DNA of 64,000 nucleotides from an uncultured Leptolyngbyaceae cyanobacterium (GTDB lineage Bacteria; Cyanobacteriota; Cyanobacteriia; Leptolyngbyales; Leptolyngbyaceae): NCBI GenBank assembly GCA_938023035.1, contig CALIDI010000010.1, positions 13,612 to 77,611 of the forward strand, read 5' to 3'. Shown piece by piece: positions 58,190 to 64,000 of this stretch (position 1 is its first letter; each line of letters starts with the position of its first letter). The notes under the pieces were generated by a model. It saw only the letters and a program-made list of their open reading frames with translations, ran no database searches and was not told where the DNA came from. The position numbers and the translations under genes were made by a program.

Positions 58190-59407
58190 ATGATTTCAGC
58201 AGAGATATGGGCAGAATGTGTTTTCATTGGAATGGCGTTGATTCTGGCCATACCGATTGGATTATTTGTGCTGGAATGTTTTTGGGCAGTGTTATGGGGG
58301 CGATCGCCGCGCTCAACTAGCTCAGCCATTGACGACTCCACCTTGGCTGTGTTGGTGCCTGCCCATAACGAGGCGTTGGGAATTCGTCAAACCCTGGAAA
58401 ATTTGCTGACGCAGTTGCAACCAGGCGATCGCCTGGTAGTTGTTGCTGACAATTGCAGTGATGACACCGCCGCGATCGCCCAAGCAACTGGGGCAACAGT
58501 GATTGAACGGGTAGACGCTTCCCGTCGTGGCAAGGGTTATGCCCTGGATTTTGGCATCCGCTTTCTTGACCGCCATCCCCCCGATATTGTGGTGATTGTG
58601 GATGCCGATTGCCGCGTTGAAACCGGAGCCTTAACCCATATTGCCCGCCAAAGTCTAACTCAAAAGCGCCCAGTACAAGCAGTCTATCTTTTAGAGCAAC
58701 CCGCACAGCCCCAACCCAAGGATGCCATTTCAGCCTTGGCCTTTATGGTCAAAAACCTGGTTCGCCCTCTAGGCTTGCGACAACTCGGTATGCCTTGTTT
58801 GCTAACAGGCACCGGCATGGCATTCCCCTGGGAGATAATTCGCTCAATGCCCCTCGCCAGTGGCAACATCGTCGAAGATATGCAGCTTTCCCTCGACCTG
58901 GCGATCGCCGGCTATCCTCCTCAGTTATGCCCCAGTGCCAGGATATGGGGAGCACTGCCCCAGCAAAGTCAAGCCGCCACAAGCCAACGTACCCGTTGGG
59001 AGCATGGGCACCTGGCTACAATCCAGACTCAGGTACCGCGTTTACTACAGGAAGCCTGGCAACAAAAGCGAGTGGATTTACTCGTCCTCGGGTTAGACCT
59101 AGCAATTCCACCCCTGGCTATGCTGGTCTTAATATGGTTGAGCCTTACTCTGTTGGCAGCCATTGCACTCCCCTTAACCGGTGCTTACCGGGGGCTGAGC
59201 TTACTAGTGCTGGAAGGGATTGGGATCAGTCTCGCGATCGGAGTCGCTTGGGCAACTTTTTGCCGCACGCAGGTGCCCTTTCAAAACCTACTCGCCATAC
59301 CGCTCTATATGCTCTGGAAGATTCCCCTCTATTTCAAGTTTTTGGTTCAACCCCAGACCAAATGGGTGCGAACAGAGCGTGATCGAGTAGATTCTTCTGA
59401 AAAGTAA
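58190..59407 (+). CDS. Membrane-bound family-2 glycosyltransferase
   Basis: LAVLVPAHNEALGIRQTLENL...VVVADNCSDDTAAIA...RGKGYALDFG...VIVDADC, then Q-x-x-RW (SQRTRWEHG). TM helices lie at both ends. Confidence 0.8.
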   Translation: MISAEIWAECVFIGMALILAIPIGLFVLECFWAVLWGRSPRSTSSAIDDSTLAVLVPAHNEALGIRQTLENLLTQLQPGDRLVVVADNCSDDTAAIAQATGATVIERVDASRRGKGYALDFGIRFLDRHPPDIVVIVDADCRVETGALTHIARQSLTQKRPVQAVYLLEQPAQPQPKDAISALAFMVKNLVRPLGLRQLGMPCLLTGTGMAFPWEIIRSMPLASGNIVEDMQLSLDLAIAGYPPQLCPSARIWGALPQQSQAATSQRTRWEHGHLATIQTQVPRLLQEAWQQKRVDLLVLGLDLAIPPLAMLVLIWLSLTLLAAIALPLTGAYRGLSLLVLEGIGISLAIGVAWATFCRTQVPFQNLLAIPLYMLWKIPLYFKFLVQPQTKWVRTERDRVDSSEK

Positions 59408-59466
59408 CCCTATCACAACCCCACTCTTTCCCTTGGTAGGATAGGGCAAGGACTACAGTAACAGCT

Positions 59467-60531
59467 ATGGGTAAAACTGGCGAGCCTATTCGCTTTGTAC
59501 AGCACGCTTTGTACCGCATTTTAGATGCCAATCTCGATCGTGCACGGGAAAGTTTGCGCGTTTTAGAAGATTGGTGCCGGTTTGGGCTAAACCAAACTGG
59601 GCTGACGGAGGAATGTAAAAACTTAAGACAGGAACTCGCCCAATGGCATCATTGGCGGCTTCGCGCCGCCCGTGATACCCCAAATGACCCTGGCACCCAA
59701 CTGACTCATGCCAATGAAGCGCAACGAGATGATATTCACCATGTGCTGTTGGCGAATCTTTGCCGACTGCAAGAAAGCTTGCGTGTCTTAGAAGAGTATG
59801 GCAAAGTTTACGACCCAGCCATGGGGGCTGCCTGCAAACAAATGCGGTATCGAGCCTATACTCTTGAGAGTCAGCTAATGCATTGCCAAAGGCGGCAGCA
59901 ACTCCAATCAACCTTACTTTACTTGGTGACAGCTCCCCATGAGCAATTGTTCGATGTTGTGGAGGCGGCCCTCAAAGGGGGAATCACCCTGGTGCAATAT
60001 CGTGACAAAGATGCAGAGGACACCACCCGCCTGCAACGGGCCGAAAAGCTCTGCTACCTTTGTCATCGCTATGATGCCCTGTTAATCATCAATGACCGGA
60101 TTGATCTAGCCCTTGCCGTTGATGCAGATGGGGTGCATCTGGGTCAGCAAGATTTGTCTGTTGCCCTAGCCCGTCAGTTACTGGGAAGTCAAAAACTCAT
60201 TGGACGTTCAACCCACTGCCTTGAGGATTTACAGCGTGCTCTGGCAGAAGGGGCTGATTACATTGGGGTCGGCCCGGTGTATGAAACCCCGACAAAGGCA
60301 GGCCGAGCTGCTGCTGGGTTAGGTTATGTGCGCGATGCCGCAGAGCAAGCAACGATTCCCTGGTTTGCCATTGGCGGGATTGATTTAACCAACCTGGAAC
60401 AGGTGCTTGCCGCCGGTGCCCAGAGGGTATCGGTTGTCCGCGCCATTATGCAAGCAGAAAACCCCATGCTCATTACTCAGCAACTTTTATCACGGCTGGA
60501 GCAAAACCAGCGAAACCAATCGGTTAGGTAG
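59467..60531 (+). CDS. thiE: Thiamine-phosphate synthase with a ~145-aa N-terminal helical extension
   Basis: The C-terminal ~210 aa have LYLVT...GGITLVQYRDKD...LIINDRIDLALAVDADGVHLGQQD...GVGPVYETPTK...FAIGGI, the ThiE motifs. Confidence 0.85.
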   Translation: MGKTGEPIRFVQHALYRILDANLDRARESLRVLEDWCRFGLNQTGLTEECKNLRQELAQWHHWRLRAARDTPNDPGTQLTHANEAQRDDIHHVLLANLCRLQESLRVLEEYGKVYDPAMGAACKQMRYRAYTLESQLMHCQRRQQLQSTLLYLVTAPHEQLFDVVEAALKGGITLVQYRDKDAEDTTRLQRAEKLCYLCHRYDALLIINDRIDLALAVDADGVHLGQQDLSVALARQLLGSQKLIGRSTHCLEDLQRALAEGADYIGVGPVYETPTKAGRAAAGLGYVRDAAEQATIPWFAIGGIDLTNLEQVLAAGAQRVSVVRAIMQAENPMLITQQLLSRLEQNQRNQSVR

Positions 60532-60548
60532 GTAAGAGAGGAAAGAAC

Positions 60549-60761
60549 ATGACGGAACAAGTCACATTACAGGTAAATGGGCAGCCGCAAACCTGTCCAG
60601 TCTCAACACCCCTTCCTCAGTTTTTAGAGCAGCTAGGGCTAAATCCTCGCCTGGTGGCGGTTGAATATAATGGCGAAATTTTACATCGTCAATTTTGGGA
60701 AAAAACAGAGATACAGTCGGGCGATCGCCTTGAGATTGTCACCATTGTGGGTGGTGGTTAA
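60549..60761 (+). CDS. thiS: Sulfur-carrier protein ThiS
   Basis: 70 aa with a beta-grasp pattern (VNGQ...VAVEYNGEILHR...GDRLEIVTIVGGG), ending in GG. It lies immediately downstream of thiE. Confidence 0.85.
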   Translation: MTEQVTLQVNGQPQTCPVSTPLPQFLEQLGLNPRLVAVEYNGEILHRQFWEKTEIQSGDRLEIVTIVGGG

Positions 60762-61025
60762 CTTTGCCCCAATTCAAACAGACTTTACCCATTCCAAGTG
60801 GGCGATCGTGACCTCCGCCGGGTGTTTGAGACCTTCTGGGCAGTTGGCCGATCTCTACCAGGCTTTCCTCATACCATGCTTGACTTTGGATTGGCGATTT
60901 TAGAGTGTCAAAGCCCCGAGGCCCAAAGCGTTCAATCCGGTATCGGCCTCATCCCCTCAGTTCAATTTGGTAATCTCTAGTAATCCCGATGATGGTAACT
61001 AAAATGGCAACTAAAAAATGATGGC

Positions 61026-61055
61026 AACTAAAAAGCCCGGCTCTTAGCGCCAGGC
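61026..61055 (-). terminator. Intrinsic terminator downstream of psbB-psbT
   Basis: The minus strand reads GCCUGGC-GCUAAGA-GCCGGGC: a 7-bp stem with one G-U pair, followed by UUUUUAG. Confidence 0.65.
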
Positions 61056-61171
61056 TAACAAATGACAAAGCCTCAGGGAGATGATTCAACCAATCCACTA
61101 TTCAGAACCTTCAGAACCCTAAGAACCCAACTTAGACCCAAAAAACTGTCTCAGTAGAAATAGCTCGAACC

Positions 61172-61267
61172 CTACTTGCCAATGCGAGGAGGTTCACGAA
61201 AGGCGACCGCAAAGAATAAAACCCCGATCGCCAGAGCCAAAATCAAAATGTACGCAACGCTTTCCAT
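61172..61267 (-). CDS. psbT: Photosystem II reaction centre protein T
   Basis: My own translation gives [31 protein letters not shown] (31 aa), the canonical PsbT sequence and size. It is 136 nt downstream of psbB on the same strand. It is absent from the ORF track because it is shorter than 60 aa. Confidence 0.9.
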   Translation of the reverse strand: MESVAYILILALAIGVLFFAVAFREPPRIGK

Positions 61268-61403
61268 ATCAGCATTTTCCTGACAACGCAACCACAATTA
61301 AAGTCTAACAATAAGTGGTAAAGAGGATATTCATCCCCCTGTATTCATCCCCCTGTCAACAAAAGAGGCGCCTTGTTCCTCTTTACCACCTACCCTCGAA
61401 GGG

Positions 61404-62936
61404 TTAAATCTGCTCAGCGCGACGCGAAGAGCGATCTCCCACCTTCTGATAGAAACCCCACTCCACTTGCTCTGGCGACAGATCTGGGTCAATCCCTGCA
61501 AACACATCCCGGAAGATGGTACGAGAACCATGCCAGATATGACCAAAGAAGAACAGGAGAGCAAACACCACATGGCCAAAAGTAAACCAACCCCGCGGAC
61601 TCGTGCGGAAAACCCCATCTGAATTCAATGTTTCCCGATCAAATTCAAAGGGTTCACCCAACTGGGAAGCCCGTGCATAACGCTTAACCAAGGCCGGATC
61701 AGTAATGGACTGACCATCTAACTTGCCGCCGTAGAAGCTAACGGTCACTCCAGCCTGCTCAAAACTGTACTTAGACTCAGCCTTACGGAAAGGAATATCA
61801 GCGCGAACGACATTATCCTTATCCACCAGCACCACAGGAAAGTTTTCAAAGAAGTTGGGCAATCGTCGCACAAACAACTCACGGCCAGCACTGTCTTTGA
61901 AAACAGGATGCCCCAGCCATGCCTGAGCGATCCCATCCCCCTTATTCATCTGACCAGTACGGAACAAACCACCCTTAGCCGGACTGTTACCCACATAGTC
62001 ATAGAAGGCCAGCTTCTCAGGAATCTGCTCATAGGCCTGCTGAAGCGTTGCCCCTTCAGCCAGACTGGTTTGCACTCGGCGCTCAATCTCTTGCTGGAAG
62101 TAGCCACTATCCCATTGGTAACGAGTTGGCCCAAACAACTCAATCGGAGTCGTAGCGCTGCCGTACCACATCGTACCGGCAACCACAAAGGCTGCAAAGA
62201 ATACCGCTGCAATACTGCTAGACAAAACAGTTTCGATATTCCCCATCCGCAGTGCTTTGTAAAGCCGTTCGGGGGGACGAACACTTAAGTGAAACAGGCC
62301 CGCAATAATCCCGACGATACCAGCAGCAATATGGTGAGCCACAACCCCTCCCGGATTGAAGGGATTAAACCCAGCAGGCCCCCACTCAGGGGCGACTGGC
62401 TGAACACTTCCCGTCAGGCCATAGGGGTCGGACACCCACATCCCAGGCCCAAACAAACCCGTCAGGTGGAATGCGCCAAACCCAAAGCAGAGTAACCCCG
62501 AAAGAAATAGGTGAATCCCAAACATTTTCGGCAAATCCAAAGCGGGTTCGCCGGTACGAGCGTCGGTAAACAGTTCTAAATCCCAGTAAACCCAGTGCCA
62601 GCAGGCAGCTAGGAACAGTAAACCAGAAAGAATAATGTGAGCCGCAGCAACGCCTTCAAATGACCAGAAGCCAGGGTCAACACCCGTTTCACCTGTAATG
62701 CTCCAGCCACCCCAGGAACCCGTTACACCCAAGCGCGCCATAAAGGGCAACACAAACATGCCCTGCCGCCACATGGGGTTAAGAACGGGATCACTCGGAT
62801 CAAAAATTGCTAGCTCGTACAACGCCATTGAGCCGGCCCAACCTGCCACTAGTGCGGTGTGCATCAGGTGGGTGGCGATTAACCGCCCTGGATCATTAAT
62901 CAGGACGGTGTGAACTCGGTACCAGGGTAGTCCCAT
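61404..62936 (-). CDS. psbB: Photosystem II CP47 chlorophyll apoprotein
   Basis: [43 protein letters not shown]... is canonical CP47. Length is 510 aa. Confidence 0.98.
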   Translation of the reverse strand: MGLPWYRVHTVLINDPGRLIATHLMHTALVAGWAGSMALYELAIFDPSDPVLNPMWRQGMFVLPFMARLGVTGSWGGWSITGETGVDPGFWSFEGVAAAHIILSGLLFLAACWHWVYWDLELFTDARTGEPALDLPKMFGIHLFLSGLLCFGFGAFHLTGLFGPGMWVSDPYGLTGSVQPVAPEWGPAGFNPFNPGGVVAHHIAAGIVGIIAGLFHLSVRPPERLYKALRMGNIETVLSSSIAAVFFAAFVVAGTMWYGSATTPIELFGPTRYQWDSGYFQQEIERRVQTSLAEGATLQQAYEQIPEKLAFYDYVGNSPAKGGLFRTGQMNKGDGIAQAWLGHPVFKDSAGRELFVRRLPNFFENFPVVLVDKDNVVRADIPFRKAESKYSFEQAGVTVSFYGGKLDGQSITDPALVKRYARASQLGEPFEFDRETLNSDGVFRTSPRGWFTFGHVVFALLFFFGHIWHGSRTIFRDVFAGIDPDLSPEQVEWGFYQKVGDRSSRRAEQI

Positions 62937-63326
62937 TGACTACGCTCCTCCTTGCTAAAGCTCTAGTTCGACACCTGTATAAGCATTCTATTAAGTCAGG
63001 GGATCCAGGTAAATTGCTAAACCCAGATCTTTAGGCTGATTCAGACAACCTCAAACCGCTGATCAACTCCAAGCAATTGCAGTCATCGCGGTCTTAACAT
63101 CTATCTGACAAGTTGCCTGCCAAAATGAAAATGTATAACAAAGTGTAACTAGTGTTAAAAGCCAACGCAAGTGAACGATACGTTTCACAACACTTAACCT
63201 TTGTCGGCAGCCGATACTCCGAGGCTCTGAATCTGGCTTATTTTTCATCGAACTCGCCAAATATTAGGGCACTCTATATAGTGGTAGTAACCTGACCTGA
63301 GCAATTAATCACCCGGTGAATGAACG

Positions 63327-63710
63327 ATGACTGTCATTAAGTTTCTTAAGGAAAATAAGGAAGCCGTTGTGGCGGATGGTGCCAATTTGCGCTTTAAGGC
63401 TCTGGAAAATGGAGTAGACCTTTACACCATGATGGGCAAAATGATGAACTGTGGTGGTTATGGTCAATGTGGCACCTGCGTGGTGGCGATCGCAGCAGGA
63501 TATGAAAACCTGTCTCCCCGCACTGTAGTCGAAGAGCAAAAACTGAAGCGTAAGCCAGGTAATTTTCGGCTAGCCTGCCAAACCCTGGTCAATGGAGATG
63601 TAACGATCATTACCAAGCCCAAACCAGAGGTAGATGGCAGAGATGTACCGTCTCCCCCGACAGATGCAACCAGGCCAGACGCCGTGACAGACGAGGCCAG
63701 CGTTGTATAG
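63327..63710 (+). CDS. 2Fe-2S ferredoxin-like protein
   Basis: Cys cluster [10 protein letters not shown] plus the distal LACQT, with a beta-grasp-sized N-terminal domain. It is divergent from psbB. Confidence 0.7.
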   Translation: MTVIKFLKENKEAVVADGANLRFKALENGVDLYTMMGKMMNCGGYGQCGTCVVAIAAGYENLSPRTVVEEQKLKRKPGNFRLACQTLVNGDVTIITKPKPEVDGRDVPSPPTDATRPDAVTDEASVV

Positions 63711-63813
63711 GATTGTGGATTGAATCAAACCGTTGGGTAGGTGGGTTGCGCCAATCGCGCGATGTACTTTGCCAAAAGTACCGATTTAATGTGTTCTCAC
63801 CTTGTTGCCGGAT

Positions 63814-63999
63814 TTAGGCCCTGCCCCTAAGCTGTCGACGGTGTGACTCGACGTGCCTTTGCAGCGCTGCGGGGAGCCATTCATCATACTGGGGGTACAC
63901 AGGCAGGCGAGGAGTCAGTTGCCATGCGTGTGGCTCCAACTGTTTTGTCAGCTCGGTGTAGTTAGGGTGAGGATAGTCGGGATTTACTTCATCCTGGGG
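63814..63999 (-). CDS. 3' end (61 codons) of a gene entering from beyond the window; C-terminus resembles CofG / FO synthase subunit 1
   Basis: My own translation gives PQDEVNPDYPHPNYTELTKQLEPHAWQLTPRLPVYPQYDEWLPAALQRHVESHRRQLRGRA, with the stop at 63814-63816. The pattern D-x-VNP-x-x-P-x-P ... RLPVYPQY recalls the CofG/FbiC-N C-terminus. The product call is tentative. Confidence 0.4.
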   Translation of the reverse strand, partial: PQDEVNPDYPHPNYTELTKQLEPHAWQLTPRLPVYPQYDEWLPAALQRHVESHRRQLRGRA

Positions 64000-64000
64000 T

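Noticed and set aside
59408-59466. Expected a TPP riboswitch ahead of thiE
   Set aside because: The gap is only 59 nt and contains none of the conserved TPP aptamer core sequences.
60798-60980. 60-aa GTG-start ORF downstream of thiS
   Set aside because: It has a non-ATG start, no motif, and lies in a short gap next to the psbT terminator. I treated it as non-coding.
1-64000. Scanned for tRNA/rRNA/tmRNA/RNase P signatures (GGTTCGAATCC-type T-arms, GAGGAAAGTCC) and for transposase or integrase genes
   Set aside because: None were recognised by eye. A covariance-model scan (tRNAscan-SE, Infernal) would be needed to exclude small RNAs formally.

Overview
The window is a cyanobacterial chromosomal segment. 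Evidence: many copies of the HIP1 octamer GCGATCGC, psbB-psbT, a CpcD-type linker domain, and a pilG/hmp-type motility cluster. I support about 45 protein-coding genes. By eye I found no rRNA, tRNA, CRISPR array, transposase, integrase or prophage genes.

Layout:
- 1-15.5 kb: housekeeping and hypothetical genes (rsmH 5' end, pepA, IMPase-family, M48 peptidase, creatininase-family, FIST). This stretch also holds a large DUF4157-type HExxH protein with an effector-like C-terminus, next to a CpcD-like protein with a basic tail.
- 15.9-30.0 kb: a complete chemotaxis-like type IV pilus motility cluster (PatA-type RR, CheY, CheW, MCP, 2027-aa hybrid CheA), with a divergent coiled-coil HmpF homolog followed by a ClpP paralog.
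- 30.8-46.9 kb: rsmI, a small basic HTH-like protein in an AT-rich patch, a CaCA exchanger, moaA, a DUF1537-type kinase, a beta-helix/SPOR envelope protein, a PacL-like Ca-ATPase, a degenerate P-loop/wHTH protein, an FHA protein and msrA.
- 47.5-59.4 kb: a Wzx/Wzy-type polysaccharide locus in two divergent arms separated by about 1.6 kb without a convincing ORF.
- 59.5-64.0 kb: thiE-thiS, psbB-psbT with a clean intrinsic terminator, a 2Fe-2S ferredoxin-like gene, and the 3' end of a CofG-like gene.

Two families of short dispersed repeats are visible.

The candidates I consider most worth follow-up:
- the orphan DUF4157/IQM-like putative effector and its CpcD-like neighbour
- the roughly 1100-residue acidic repeat linker in the CheA
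- the motif-degenerate Wzc-like and Arch-ATPase-like proteins

All functional calls come from motif recognition in the supplied translations and my own reading of the DNA. No database search was run.
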